From an uncultured Desulfobulbaceae bacterium (GTDB taxonomy: Bacteria > Desulfobacterota > Desulfobulbia > Desulfobulbales > BM004): a stretch of DNA of 64,000 nt. The notes below the pieces were generated by a model that was given only the letters and a program-made list of their open reading frames with translations, was not told the origin of the DNA and made no database searches. Shown here one piece after another: positions 63,923-64,000 of the stretch (its first letter is position 1; each line of letters begins with the position of its first letter). The position numbers were made by a program, and so were the translations under genes. The stretch lies in contig CALZHP010000005.1 in assembly GCA_945787325.1 (NCBI GenBank), forward strand, positions 476 to 64,475, in the 5' to 3' direction.

Positions 63923-64000
63923 TTATTTCAATTGCATGCCCCACATATAACTCAGGTTTTTCAAGAACTTTATAATCTGAATCCATAAGTATTGTTCCTG

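Noticed and set aside
63855-63986. 43-codon minus-strand ORF (MDSDYKVLEKPELYVGHAIEIIDASISEIHQMRKTDRGFFKSE) overlapping the annotated 5' end of the lyase gene.
   Set aside because: It is too short, has no motif and sits at the window edge. It is noted only because its stop overlaps the alternative GTG start (63862) of the lyase, which may mean the lyase starts there.
1-64000. Search by eye for rRNA, tRNA, CRISPR arrays, transposases, integrases, phage genes or toxin-antitoxin pairs.
   Set aside because: I recognised no such features. The intergenic regions (18540-18920, 28448-28799, 40430-40800, 46030-46270) are AT-rich and lack cloverleaf-like or spacer-repeat structure. A covariance-model scan would be needed to be definitive.

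Overview
AT-rich bacterial chromosomal window. Gene content fits an anaerobic, Wood-Ljungdahl-using Desulfobacterota-type (deltaproteobacterial) organism; this taxon call is inference only. Everything here is hand reading of the sequence and ORF track; no searches were run.

Block 1 (1-4.9 kb, minus strand):
- a truncated PAS sensor;
- a Kbp/YgaU-like BON-LysM protein;
- a ChaN-like lipoprotein;
- a radical SAM/SPASM enzyme paired with a homospermidine-synthase-like dehydrogenase.

Block 2 (5.0-18.5 kb, minus strand) is one long co-directional string: folD, cooS/acsA, a metF-acsD fusion, acsB, acsC, a double-length hdrA and mvhD. The ORF track splits both hdrA and mvhD at in-frame TGA codons. 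These codons sit exactly where conserved Cys residues belong, so I read them as selenocysteine.

Block 3 (18.9-29.2 kb) is housekeeping and sensing: rlmH, a YkgJ-type protein, agmatinase, YqgE/AlgH, glgB, a chemoreceptor with an extracytoplasmic CZB zinc-binding motif plus a Cys-rich insertion, a TM-helix-repeat membrane protein and DUF1178.

Block 4 (29.3-51.0 kb) is the most interesting part:
- a complete type II secretion-like cluster (gspG divergent, then gspE-F-H-J-I-K-L-M-x-D);
- immediately followed by two paralogous cassettes, each reading: palindromic TTGACA-N5-TGTCAA array, sigma54-type -24/-12 promoter, small secreted protein, giant multihaem c-type cytochrome (about 54 and about 36 CxxCH motifs by hand count), terminator;
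- a ~195-nt structured repeat in inverted orientation brackets the first cassette.

Block 5 (51.1-62.2 kb):
- an operon opening with a ThiS-like/ThiF fusion and a ThiS;
- four secreted carboxypeptidase-regulatory-like / right-handed beta-helix proteins follow;
- two mirror-image pairs of substrate-binding-like lipoproteins close the block.

The window ends with an adenylosuccinate-lyase-family gene. No rRNA, tRNA, CRISPR array, transposase or integrase was recognised.
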